Made by a program: the position numbers and the translations under genes. Shown here in pieces: positions 19,104 to 39,081 of a DNA stretch of 64,000 bases. Origin of the DNA: the human T2T-CHM13v2.0 reference genome, Homo sapiens. The notes below the pieces were generated by a model. It saw only the letters and a program-made list of their open reading frames with translations. It made no database searches and was not told the DNA's origin. The stretch is taken from NCBI RefSeq assembly GCF_009914755.1, contig NC_060941.1. One strand, 5' to 3'. Every line of letters starts with the position of its first letter. Position 1 is the stretch's first letter.

Positions 19104-19529
19104 TAAAAACAATTCCTCTCCCTCCACTTCCCTTCTCCCAAGACTCTTCCTTCTGATAGCCATGTTTTCAGGCTCACCCCCAGCTCTGCCCTATTCAGAA
19201 ACCAAAGGTCCTCATAAAAGTATTTGTAATAATGTGTGAATGACTCGTGAGCTTCAAATAACTGTCTCTGCGGCAAATGGCCAGCCTCCAAATAGAAGCT
19301 AGTTCAAGCCAGTTTCCTTGGCTCATTTCCCACCGCTATGTCAGGGATCAATTTAGACCATGGCCTCCCTCCCATTTTCTCTTCCCTGGCGGTACCATTC
19401 TTCTGGTCCTCCCACTCCCATCCCAAAACTGGTCCACTCAGTCCTCTCCTGTTCAGAGGCAGCCTTCATGACAGTGTCGGAGACCCTAAGGGTTAAATAT
19501 ACAGCAGTGGTTTAAAGTTTTACCTGTAT

Positions 19530-19700
19530 TTACTCATTTGATCCTTAAAATAACCCTAAGAGACATGTATTATAATGGTCCTATTTCCAGATGAGAAATC
19601 TGAGATACAGAAAGGTTATGTAATCTGCCCAGGGACTCACAGCTAGTAAGTAGTACAGCTGGCATTGACACCCCGCACTCTCTGAACCACTATGCCACAC
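19530..19700 (-). mobile_element. MIR
   Basis: 'tttccagatgagaaatctgagatacagaaaggtta...cacagctagtaagt'. Confidence 0.75.
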
Positions 19701-21611
19701 AGGCATGGATGAGCAACCCTCACCAAGAGTCAGGTTCGAAGGGAATACATTCTCTTCCAACCATGCAACTGACTTCCTTACTTGTTCCATTGCCCCAGCC
19801 TAGAGACGAGATTCTCTAACTCCGACCTAGCTTCTTTCCCAACTCTGACTTTTTCTTCTTGCTCCACGCATCCTTAGCTCCGCCACGATGTCCCTCTCTT
19901 TCCATCACTTTTTTGGTCCTTGATAATATTTCCTTCGTAAGCAGATTTCTCCAAACCTCTACCCTGGGGAGCCCATTCTGGCATTCCACCTCCTAAACCC
20001 ATGTTCCTGCAAAGTGTCTCTGTTGTCCTAGCCCTCCATGCCACAGCCATGGGTGCCCTTCGCCTGTTTCTTGACTCAAGCCAGGCAGGAGGAGGATCTT
20101 TATGACCAAGATCCCCCACCCCATATGTCTGCATTTAATTTCAGATCAGTTCCTAGGCCAAAGCTCTCTTCCAAACTCGTCAAGAGAAGTTTTAAATATA
20201 TTCTCCCAGAGCAAATAATTTTGTGTTTTAACATGGGACAAAGCTCTAGAAACATCTCTGGGCTGGTGACTCTCCACTTGCCTGTCGGGAGCTAGCTTTG
20301 GCCCTTCTCCTGCAGCTCCTGCACCAGAAGGCTGACCCACAGGGACTCCAGGGACCCTCGCACCCTCTGGCTACAGTGAAAGACAATTTGGCCACTGAAA
20401 GTCATAGGTAGGAGATGAAGGTTCATGAGGAAAGCGAGGTTGGGGTATTTTCACCAGTTCCCTCCTAGCAGGCTGCAGGCTGCAGGCTGGGGTTGGGAGT
20501 AGCAGTGGCTTCTTTAGAGCAGTCGGCCCCCTCCTGCTGCAGGCCTCCCTCCCTTTTCCCCTCTCTGGGCGTGCTTCCCCATCCTCTACCCTGCTCAAGC
20601 CTCTATAAACAGCCCCTCCTTCAAACTCCCCACTGCCTTCCCAATCAAGATCCCCCTCCAGGCACCCTCAATAGTGGAGTTCAGACACAGCCACTGAGGA
20701 CAAGCTCTCTGCAAGCCCTGGACACCAAAGTATTTTGGTGACCACTTCCTCCTAACCAGGCCTTGGTCGGTGGCTCCTTCACAAAATGACATCTGAGAAG
20801 AAACAGAAAGCCAAATGAGGATGTGGGTGGCCCTGCTCCTCCCCGGACACAGACCCATGCATCATGACAAGGCCACACATGCCCAGTCACAGGATTTGAC
20901 ACATGGGACCCCTGGGAGAAGGAGGAAACACCCACGGCTTACAAACCCGCAGCAAACCCAGAGTCCTCAGCCTAGGAAAGGGGCTGGGGACAGGGCCTGA
21001 CACCCTGAAGTGCAAGGCCTGCCAACCTTGGAGCTGACGAGGGGAATAATTTTTTTAAAGATCCATTACTGTCAACTGCCCCCGGGAACACCCTTCTTTG
21101 CACCAACTCCCCTGCCTTTCAATATGAAGACAAGTCTGACGCCTACGTGGGGAACTCAAAGTCACACTTCCTCTGGCAGCCGTTGGTCAAACCGCTTTAT
21201 AAATCTGCTAATGATTTTGTGTTATCCTGCTAGACTGACACTCGTTGGAAAAAAAAGTTACATAACTGGAAATGATTAGAAGATAAGGCTTTGAGCATCA
21301 TGCTTGGAAATTTCACTGCTCTGCCCAATTTTGGGCTGAGTTTTAACAAACCAGCATTTCCTGGCTCCTGACACTGGGAAGCCTTGTAGGTGTGAGAATC
21401 TGCTTCCAGTTAATAGTAGACACTTTGGAACCAGGTTTGTCACATGAATATACCCTTGGTCCTCCCGTCAGTCAACTGGACTCTTCACCCTCCCCGCAAA
21501 AAATTTAAAAGCCACCCTTAGACATATCACCCTTAGGCATATCACCCTTAGACACACACAATTTCACACACATGTGAAACCCAGATGGCCAGTAAGCATA
21601 TAGGTACTCGT

Positions 21612-22826
<1,215 letters not shown>

Positions 22827-22866
<40 letters not shown>
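22827..22866. repeat. (AT)20 microsatellite in an Alu tail
   Basis: Read directly. Confidence 0.95.
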
Positions 22867-22869
<3 letters not shown>

Positions 22870-22870
<1 letters not shown>

Positions 22871-24050
22871 GATAACACACACGCACAATGTGAGACCCCT
22901 ACACGTTCACCCAAATGACTAAAATCTGTAAAACCAGCAATGGCACACACAGACAAGGATGTAGAACTATGAGAAGTCACAGACAGTGCCAGTGGGAGTG
23001 GAACACTATTTGGTAGTATTTCCCAAGAGTAAACATATGATACACATATTCTATGACCTAGCAATCCTACCCCTAGGTGAATACCCAACACAAATGAGAG
23101 CTTTCGTCCACCAAAAACATGTACGAGAATGTTCAAGGTAGCACTGTTCATAATAGTATGAAAGAACCCAAAGATCCAAGAGTAGGATAAATAATTGATG
23201 GTGTATTTATTCATAGGGTGACACACTACACAGCAATGAGAATGAACTACTGCCACCCATAATATAGGTGAATCTCACAAACAAGGTGTTAAGTGAGAAA
23301 AGCCAGATGCACCCCCCCCAACCTCCATCACCAAAAAGAATAACTTCTCTATGCTCAGTTTATGTAAAATTTAAAACCAAGCAAAATTATTACACAATCT
23401 AGAAGTCAAGATCGGGGTCACCTTTGGAAGAGAGTACTGACTTGGAGAGAAGGTTTCTTAGGTCCTGGGTAAGTTCCGTGTCTGACGTAGATGCTCATTA
23501 CAAGAGTGTTCCCAGTTTATGAAAACGCATCAAACTATACACATGAAGTGTGACCTTTTTTTTTTTTTTTTTGAGACAGTGTCTCACTCTGTCGCCCAGG
23601 CTGAAGTGCAGTGGCACGATCTTGGCTCCCTGCAACCTCTGCCTCCCAGGCTCAAGTGATCCTCCCACCTCAGTCTCCTGAGTAGCTGGGACTACAGGTG
23701 CATGCCACCACACCTAGCTAATTTTTTTGTAGAGACAGGGTTTCCCCATATTGCCCAGGCTGGTCTTGAACTCCTGAGCTCAAGTAATCCAACCACCTCA
23801 GCCTCCTGAGTAGCTGGCACTACAGGTGCGTGCCACCACACCTAGCTAATTTCTTGTAGGGACAGGGTTTCCCCATATTGCCCAGGCTGGTCTTGAACTC
23901 CTGAGCTCAAGCGATCCACCCACCTCAGCCTCCCAAGGTGCTGGGATTACAGGCATGAGCGACCCTGTCTGGCCAGGTATGACCGTTCTTCTGTATGTAG
24001 GTTACACTTCAACTTAAAAAATTTACACTAAAAATTGTATTAAAAAAAAA
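22870..24050 (+). mobile_element. L1ME-type 3' region, interrupted by a trimeric antisense AluJ (23556-23975)
   Basis: 'ctatgacctagcaatcctacccctagg', 'gtagcactgttcataatag', 'atgaaaacgcatcaaactatacac'. Confidence 0.8.
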
Positions 24051-24659
24051 GGTGGATCTTCAAGCAATTCGTAGAGATCTAGGGGGTATTTTTAATTGTT
24101 TCTCTTTGATTTTGTCCCTATTTCTACTGCCCATTTAAAACACAGATATTAAATAAAACAGTTACAGGACCATATAGAGCTAAAAGCGACTTCGAAGATC
24201 ACCTAGTTTAATTCCTCTGTTTTACAGATGTTGAGAGCTGAGGCTGAGAAAGCTTAAGAGACTTGCCCAGGTTACCTAGCCAGGAAGAAGAAAGGCACCT
24301 AGAGCCTGTGAATCCCAGCTCCCTGTCTAGTGGTCTCTCCACGGCATACCAAACCTCTGTAATCTCACCATGACTGCCTGGGCTCACCCTTGCCACCAGG
24401 CAGATCACATCACAGGTGCGCAATATGACATTTTCCTCTAACTATAATATAGAAAGTTAAGGAAGTATGTGCTTTGCTTGTCGTTTATTTCAGGGATGGG
24501 TCTCACTATGTTGCCTAGGCTGAATAGCAGTGGCTTCACACAGGCAAAATCATAAAACACTAAAACCTCAAACTCCTGGCCTCAAGCAATCCTCCTACCT
24601 CAGCCTCCCAAGTAGCGGGAACTGCTGGCATGAGCCACCACACCTGGTCATAATATGGC

Positions 24660-25240
24660 TGTTTTTGACAGGATGCAGTAAGTTGGAAGCCATAGAAATT
24701 GAAACCATACACACACACACACACACACACAGACGAAGGCATGGCAGTATTTATTGGCTCATATAACTTGGAAGTTCAAGAGTGTCTGGCCTTCAGTTGC
24801 AGATGGATCCAAGCACTTGAACAAGGGTCGCGGCTCCGTTTTGTTTGTTTGTTTGCGGTTTTTGTTTGTTTTTTGCTAGCTTCATTCTCAGGTGCTTCCC
24901 AAGTATTACCAAAGATGGTCATGGCAGCTCCAAGTTTATAATCTTCCTAGCTTTAACAACCCCAGGGGAAGAAAGCATTTCTTTGCCAAACTATACAGCA
25001 AAAGGTCCTAGGGAGGGAAGAAGCTCATGAACCCAGCTTGGGTGACATGTCCATTTCTGGTTCACTGTAGTGAGAGGGATTTAGGAGAGGCCTGGTTCTA
25101 ACCAAACTCAAACCAGCTCCAACCAATAGTTCACTCATTTTCCAATGAACCCACTGCATCTGTGGTTCCCCAAAGAAAAATGGAAGTGTCGTTACCAGAA
25201 GAAGGAGAATCAGAGACAACAGACCACAAATATCCACTAC
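24660..25240 (-). mobile_element. Old MLT1-family LTR with (AC)11 at 24709-24731
   Basis: 'ttattggctcatataacttggaagttc...gatggatccaag' and 'aaagatggtcatggcagctcc' are typical of antisense MLT1J/K. Confidence 0.55.
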
Positions 25241-25535
25241 AGTAGGTGCCATCTTGTCCTCTGACTCGAGCACTGTAACAGGATTTTACCATGTCAACGG
25301 GAAAGGAAGGTCGCAGACTTTGAACTTGAGCTTCCTGCAGACTCACATTCCCACACATTTCAGCTGACTGCTCAACAGTTAATCTTGACAGATCTCAGTT
25401 GTTCCACTCAGTCATTAACTATTACATTTAAATCAAATATGCCCTCCAGCCCAAGCCAAAAAACATACAATGATGGATGATGAAGCCAAATGCAAATGTC
25501 CAGTTGCCAATCTGCCTTACAAAAACGCCTTCCCA

Positions 25536-25894
<359 letters not shown>

Positions 25895-26474
25895 CTAATA
25901 TCGCCCAGGCACATGCTGGTCCCTCTGAGATAAACTGAAAGCAGTGACTTGGCTTGGGATTGTCCCTGCTCTGACAGCCCGGCCTGAAGAAGCAGGCGCT
26001 GCCCAGTGTAAGAATCACACAGTCTGTGCTGAGAAGCTGGGCGGGCTTATTTCAGGGGGAAAAACATCACACTGAATCCTCTCTCTCTAGGAGGGAGCTG
26101 TATATTTTATGAATGGTGTGAACCACTCCTGGATGTTACTTCCTGAATTTATTTAAAGAATTTAATGTATCCTTCAAGTTTCCTGGGGTCCCCCCTCCCA
26201 CTCATTCTTGACAAGCACTCTGGGGGAGCTTGTATCTTTTGATTTTTTTAAAGAAGGAAAAAAATACCAAGGGATTGCCGAAGTCCCAGTTTGCTCCACG
26301 AGTCACTTTTTAAAAGTTTGATCTTTTCATGTCACTGGCTATTTACTGTGTTAAGTTTCCAGAGATGTATTAAGTGAGAAAAAACAGCCACATCTGATCA
26401 GTCCATATTTTTCTATGAATCAATAACTTGTCATAAAAGAAGAGCAGAAATTAGTTGCCTATTAAAAATGTTCA

Positions 26475-26790
26475 AATGCTAAGCTAAATAAGCCCATCAC
26501 ACGAGGGGAAGTATATGATTCCAATTATATGAGGTCCCTAGTATAGTCAAATTCATAGAGATAGAAAGGACAATGGAGTTACCAGGGGCTGGCGGGGAGA
26601 GGGAATGGGGAGTGACTGTTTACTGGGTTCAGAGTTTCAGTTTTGCAAAATGAAAAAGGCTCTGGGGCTAAATCATGGTGAAGGCTGTACAACAATGTGA
26701 TGTGCTTAATACTGAACTATAGACTTCCAATGGTTAAGATGGTAAATTTTGTTATATGTGATTTATCATAGTTTAAAAAATAAATGTAAA
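26475..26790 (+). mobile_element. L1MB-type 3' end
   Basis: 'tatgattcc...atatgaggtccctag...atagtcaaattcatagag' and 'ggttaagatggtaaatttt'. Confidence 0.85.
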
Positions 26791-26819
26791 AAGGACAACA
26801 AAAAAATATTTTAGAAACA

Positions 26820-27210
<391 letters not shown>

Positions 27211-27913
27211 AAAGGGAAACATAGATTGGAATAAGATTTAAAGAAATCAAAATATCTGGCTACAAAAATGCTTGAGAGAGAAATACAGATTAAAGTTGAA
27301 AGAAATAAAAAGGCATCTAACATATTTTAAATTAGTACCTCCTGAATATTGTCTGTTCTTTATCACTCCTGCATCTTACCTCAGCTCTTCCACCTGGGTT
27401 GGGGGATAGGGCCATACTTTGAGTGCTGACAAGCTCTTGGTTCCAATCCATCCTTGGCATTCCCATTCTCCCAGCAAGCCCCCGAGACTTTCCCCATGGG
27501 GCGGCTTTACCCTGAGGGTTAGAGCTCATGTTGAGTTACAGAGACCTGGGATACATACCTCTTTCTATCTGGGTGCCCTTAGGTCAGTTACTCCAGTCCT
27601 CACCTGTCAAATGAACAAATTCAAAGCACTTTGCTCATGGAGTGAGGATTACATTAGAGAACGCAGATAACGTGCTCACTTATTAGCACACTGTCTGGTG
27701 CAAAGAAACCGCTTGGGACATGACAGCTGTCATTAACAATCCCCCAGGCTCCCATGAGGCCCCAGCTCAGATTTCTCAGTTTCTCACCTTTGACTGCCCC
27801 TTACAGTCACCTGGGGAGCTTCACCTGGTCTGACGTCATCAGTCTGGCTGTGGTCTGGGCCTCCCTGCCCCGTTAATTTTGCACTGTGCAGCCAGGATTA
27901 GGAATATGGCCAT

Positions 27914-29116
<1,203 letters not shown>

Positions 29117-29749
29117 TCATCTTGCTGCTTCTCAAACAGAAAAGGAGCCTAGCACATGTGCTGCTATGGGAGCTTTTGTTTCAACTTGACTAAGGAGTTC
29201 TTGTGGCACCAGCTTGGTGCCCTCATCGATCTCTACCTCCTCTTCTTTACTTAGCAATGCCTTTTATGCATCAATTTCTACAGATTGCTCATTAGGCAGG
29301 CAAGCTTCGTCCAATGGTTGAAAAACATTGGCTTTTGCCAAGAGTGTCTTTAAAAAGTCAAGCCTTTCTTTTCCCTCTGGACATTTTAAAATAAAACTGC
29401 ACCCCCAAAGTAAATGTAAGCAGAGGACCCACTGCTTGCATTTTTACACCATACTTACCCCTCCTATATAGAGGCTCCCCTACTCCAGCCTCCCACCCTG
29501 CAGCTCCCAAGGGGGCATGAGACTTGAGGCTCCCCTGGAGGAAAGCCAGTGGCTCTCAGGATCTGGAAACGGGACACTTGTGTGCACTGATTCAGACATC
29601 CTTTCACCTTGCCCCATCCAAAGGCAACACCCAGAGGGTCCCACCCAGGCCTCAGGATGCCTCCCTATTACACAGGAAGGTCATTCTGTCCTTGGTCGGC
29701 CTCGCAGAGGTCTCAGAGCAAAAGGCACCAGGAACCCAGGACTCCTGGC

Positions 29750-31840
<2,091 letters not shown>

Positions 31841-32155
31841 CAATTCTTTGCCATGGTACTTTTAATAGCAAAAAGAAAAAATTAGAAGCACTTTAAATAT
31901 CCATCAACTAAGGAACAGAAAATAAAGTATGCTACATCCATACTATAGAATACCACACAGTTTTTATAAATAACCACTGATGTATATGTGCTAACAAAAA
32001 AAAATAACTTCAAGATACATTATCAAGTGAGAAAAAAAAGAAGTTAAGAAATAATAGCTTGGTTTTCTTTATTTAAAAGAACTAAACCCACAAATCATCA
32101 GAGTATCTTTCCACAGAGACCTAGGGAAGTAGTTGAAGGTGGCTTTAGAATAATT

Positions 32156-32394
32156 CTGGGTTTTTCAACCTTTTTTCATTACTGCCCTCTCTAAGGAGCC
32201 TTTTAAGATATTTCTTTCCTAATCACTCCCCCACTACCATGAAATTTTAATACCACAGTCAGGCTGTATGTCTGTTTACGTACTGTGGACCGCTGGAGAG
32301 CCACAAACCGCTGTAGGCCCTAGGATGTTGTTAGCACCTCAGAACCCATTTCTTCCCCCTGCAGGGTGATATTGCCCCTAGTGAGGATGTATGG
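32156..32394. mobile_element. MER112-like hAT MITE
   Basis: 'tcaaccttttttcatta...taaggagcctttt...catgaaattttaataccacag'. Confidence 0.65.
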
Positions 32395-32437
32395 TCTAAT
32401 TTGTATATTAATTGTGTGGTTAAAAAATTAATAATTA

Positions 32438-33023
<586 letters not shown>

Positions 33024-33289
33024 TTAATTAATAATTTTAAAAGTTCACATTTACACTCAGCACAATGTAAAACCTTGTAGACAGTACCTCCTTCCCTAAA
33101 ACTTCTTGTGGGTTAAGCCTGCCAGTGAAGTCTGGGTGGGGTTACGGACAGGCAAACACAGCCATGCTACAGTTTATGCTGTTTGTAATGAAACAGATGC
33201 TAACAACACCAGGAAGGGTGCGTCATCCCTGAGGCTTTGACCATATCTCAGATGGTCCCTGATGGTTTTCCATTCCTTGAGAGCTGCAG

Positions 33290-34510
33290 ATAAGGTCAAT
33301 GTCCCGATGACTCCATGGCTGCCTTCACTGAACCCAGGGAGAACTGTCTGGTTTCCTGGTTTTCCGCCCACTCTTTGGTTGCTCCTTCTCCTTTACAGTT
33401 GGCTTGCTCTGCCCAGTCCTCTTAATTTGGGGTGCCTCCAGGCCCCATCCCCAGACCTCTTCTCCATCCACCCCACTCCTTAGGTGATCTCATCCAGTAC
33501 AGCGGCTTGAAGACTATCTACGCCATAACGACTTCAAATTTATACCTACCTTGAATTAAGAGTCCTCTTTCCAAATGCCTACTCACTATCATTACTTGAA
33601 CATATATAGGAATCTCAAACTTAACTCTTGATTTCCTCCCCAAACCTGCTGCTTCCGTTCCTCACCTTCTCATTTCAAACCAGCTCCTTCCTCCCATTTG
33701 CTTATGCCAAAAACCTTGAAACTCGCTTTGAGTTCTCTCTCAAACCTTATACATGCAACCCATTACCAAATCCCATTGGTCTCGCTCTCAAAATACATCC
33801 AAAATCCAGTGGTGACAGCCACGTCACAGCCAGCATCAGCTCTTGCTTATATTACTGCAATAACCACCTTACTTGTCTCCCTCCTTCTACCCTCTGCTCC
33901 CCCCTCCATCCCCCCATCATTCATTCCCAAGAGAGCAGCAGAGTGATCCTTGTAAACATCCAGCTGGCTCAAGTCACTCCTCTGCTCAATGGCTCCCCTG
34001 ACACTCAGGGTAAATGTCAGATCCTTGTGAGGGTCTCAAAAGCCCTCGTGCTTTGGCCCCACCCACCCCTCAGTCTGGTCACCTCTCTGTCCCCATCTCC
34101 AACACTCCCCACACCACACACACTCACTCTGCCCCAGCCACACTGACCTCCTTGCTGTTCCCTGACCACTCCAGGAATGCTCTGGCCTCAGGGCCTTTGC
34201 ACATGCTGTTCTGTTTTCTGGCTGGAATGCTCTTCTCTCAGCAATCCACGTGCTTACTCCATCGTATCTTCCAGGGCTTTGCACAGATGCCCTCTCCTAA
34301 TGAGACCTTCTCTGCCCATCCCATTTAAAATGACACATTTTCTAGATCACCATGCAGTTTGCTTAGTTTTCCTTGCTATCTGTCACCCCTAACTAAAATG
34401 TAAACTCTATAAAGTCAGGATGTCTGTGGTTTTACTACTACTACATCTCCTACTTTCCAGGTTGTGCCCTGCACACGGCTGGCACTGAACGAGCGTTTGT
34501 TCAGTGAATG
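33290..34510 (+). mobile_element. Long L2 fragment (3' ORF2 and 3' end)
   Basis: 'taggtgatctcatccagt', 'tctcaaacttaac', 'ctcagggcctttgcacatgctgtt', ends 'tttgttcagtgaatga'. Confidence 0.85.
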
Positions 34511-36639
34511 AGCCCCGTATCTTGTTAATCTGCTGAAAGGTTCCAATGAGAAAGAAAGTGGCCTTTTAAACTTACATCTTCTGCCCAGCAGCTCTGTCAC
34601 CTCGGAGGTGGTCTCTGAGCTTAGAAGTATCCCTCTGCCACACATAAATACCATCACAGATCCCTGAACAACTCAAAGGCCAGCTGGCACTTTCTGTGGC
34701 TGAGCCAGCGAACCACTGGGATCAATTGTTTTCTAAGCTCAGCAATTTGCCTAAGTCCCAGCCAAGGGCAAAAGTCCTCCTAACTCCCAGGCACCATTTC
34801 TCTCTCTGTAGCTTCACTTGAGCCGCAAAGAATCCAGGATCCCTCAAGCTCTGAGTTCCATTCATGGAAAATCCTAAAACTTCCTTCATCCCTTCAGTCA
34901 GAATCTTTTCCTCTTTTGGTTTGGAAGAAACCCAGAGGTGTTAAAACTGAACATCTTGACCGAATTTCCTCCGGGCAAGCTTTCCCCAAGCTCGCTTACT
35001 CCAACACACCAGCCCCTCCTGCCAGACCCAGTCAGAGCCAGACTTTTGAGTAACTTGGTCCAAGCAGGGCTCTGACAGCGAACCCAGAACCCCATTCACA
35101 GCTGGCTCCCTGCCTGTCACCAAGAATAGCTCCTTAAATCAGGTCTTCGGGTAACAAATGAGGAACACATCAATTTAGCAGGAAATCGGCTTCCCTTGAA
35201 GCGTCTCTGAAGTTTGTTGAGACAAAAGGAATCTACAGTGCTTGAGTAATAGGAAAGACCACCTGCAACTTTTACAGAACTTCTTTTGGACTTGAAAATT
35301 CTAAGACGCTAGGGGGAAGAAATCTCGAAAATGAACAAGAACCAAATGCATAAGGATTCATTTCCCATCTCCCTAAATAATCACAGCCACATGCTTCTTA
35401 TCTGCCATAAAAACCAGGCAGTCCGTGTAAGGGACGGGTGAAGCAGTGAAGAACGCTGGTCCTAAGCAGTGTTGAAACCTCTGATTGGTTGTGTGTCCTG
35501 AGCAAATTCTTTGACCTCTCTGAGCCTTACCTTTATCTGAGAAATGGAATCCACCTCGCCAGGCTGTTGATAAGATTACATGAGAAATCCTGCATGAAAG
35601 CCCTCTGTAACCGCTATAGGACTAAACAAGTGACGTTTCAACACACACAGGAAATGCCACTTAAGTTCAGAACTCTCTGAGGGGCACCAGGAGCAAGCAC
35701 AAAAATAAAAGACTGTCATCACTTTTGTCTTCAAGAAGCTTCAAGTTCAGCTGGGAAAACAGCACACACAGGACAGCGGATGATCTAGCATTCGCAAAAG
35801 CAACATACTAAGAAAAGCGTACACCTCCATCTGCTGCTTTCCCCTAAGTGTCCCTCGGGTCTGCTTGTTTGGATTCTAATATCTGCCTAACTACCCATCA
35901 ATCTGGCTACTTCCTGGACTGCAAAAGACCCCAAAGCTATGTGTAAACGAAGTCTCTAAATCTAAGCCAGATAGGATGGCCTGCCATGGCAGCCCTCATT
36001 CCACTCCTCAGGTCCAGTCCTGGCTGACTTCACCTCATCACCCACCAGCCAGTGCAGCTAACCTCCTTCCTCTGCCGCATGTCCGGCCCTGCCCAAGGAT
36101 TCCCCAGGGGGCAGCCAATCATCTTGTTCACCTCCAGCACAGCACTGTGCATAACACTCTGTATTGCTCTCAACTTTGCCCCCAGGCCAGCTGAAAGCAG
36201 AGGAAAGAAGAAAGGAAAACAGAATTCAAATGGAGCAATTAGCAAAAGGAGAAATGAGGAAGCAGATTAAAAAAAAAGAAGAAGAAAAAAAAAGAAACAG
36301 AAAGGGAGACAATCAAAGAAAAAATGAGGAACATACAGAACTATCACTTGACATCTGACTTTATAGCTTAGGAAGGGCTTAACCTCACATTCTGTGGCTT
36401 GCGCCTCTTACAACATTCTGCAGGGCTGAGTAAGCAAGGCAGGGAATTTTACACCCATTTAGGAAATGAGCAAACTAAGGCTTGACAGACTTTAATGAAG
36501 CGCTTTGTAGCCAGAGCCCCTCACTGCCTACCTTCTTATTTCTCAAGTGCCTTTTCCATTGCCAGTAACCCATGCAGTCTCAACAAAAGACTAAAGATTC
36601 AGCATCTGGAGGCAGAACTGAAGACCAGAAAAAGAAGTG

Positions 36640-37110
36640 GATGGTGTTATTCACAACAGCCAAAACATGGGAACTAGCCAAGTGTCCATCAACTGATGGA
36701 TGGATAAACAAATGTGGTATATCCATGCAATGGAGTATTATTCAGTCATGAAAAGCAATGAAGTACTGATACACGTCACTACGCAAATGAACCCTGAAGA
36801 CATCATGTCAACAGAAATAAACCAAACACGAAGTCCACCCATTCTGATTCCATTTCTGTGAAACACCTAGAATAGGCAGATGCATAGAACCAGAAAACAG
36901 ATGAGTGGTCGCCTGATGCTGGGGGCGGGCGAAGGGAGGAGAATGGGGAGTGGCTGCTTAATGAGTATGGGTTACTTTCGGGATGATGAAACTTCTGGAA
37001 CTGGATAATGGTGGTGGCTGTATAACACTGTGAATGTACCAAATGCCACTGAACATTAAAATGGTGAATTTCATGTTATGTGAATTTTAACACAACTTTT
37101 TTTAAAAGTA
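36640..37110 (+). mobile_element. L1MB-type 3' end
   Basis: 'gtgtccatcaactgatggatggataaacaaatgtggtatatccatgcaatgg'. Confidence 0.88.
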
Positions 37111-37237
37111 GAAGGGGAGGCGGGGAAGAGGGAGAGAAAAAAAATGAAGAGAAGGAGGAATGATTCCTAGGTAAGTAATGAGTTTCCCGAAATCAGGGAC
37201 CCGAGGAGCTCTGAGGTATAAAAAGAGACCCTCTCTC

Positions 37238-37554
<317 letters not shown>

Positions 37555-38161
37555 TTATACTGAGGAGGTAACATAATGCTGGGTTTGCCCTTCATGGGGG
37601 TGGGAGGTGGCTGCAGACCCAAAGAACCAGCAGCAGCAGCCTGGAAAGGGAACAGAGCCATGAGCACAGGGAGACGGTGGAGGGATGAAGCTGACATCTT
37701 CACAGGAAAACCAGCTGATCTCTCCCTGAAGATCTCCTTGGTGTGTACTCACCTGTCCTTTATACTGGCTGAACTGTTCATTCCCACATATGAATAAGTG
37801 AATAACATGAGTAAGTGCCCAACCCTGGGCCAGGCACTGTCATAGGCGTTTCAGGACACTAATGATGGAATCCCTGGCCTCATTAAGCAAACCCTCTGGA
37901 GGGTGACAACGTTCAAACTCATAGGCTGCTAGGACTTAGTGTAATATAGTCTGTGGCTCAATTCACCCAGTGTAAACAAAAGCTAATAAAGGAATCTTTC
38001 TTCTCTGATTTTTAACACATGTTAATCACATTTGGGGACTGAGTAGAGATTAGAGGGATATAGGGGATGCAGTCTGTAGAACCAACAGCAACTCACCTTG
38101 CAGGGTGAGCACTAAACAGAGACCTGGATGCAGAAAACCAGCTATTTTAATTAAAAATTCT

Positions 38162-38924
<763 letters not shown>

Positions 38925-39081
38925 TAAAGAAGTGAACTATATAACCCTTTAGCTAGGAATACATGTTAGTAAGAAAAATGGGACAAGCAAACTGTCCCTA
39001 GGTCCCTATGTTTTTTCAAGGTTTTGATCCCATGTGGAACTATGTAAATAAGTTGCCTACCCAAGCCCAGGGTAAGGGGCT

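Noticed and set aside
33628-34146. 172-aa ORF
   Set aside because: Lies within a decayed L2 element.
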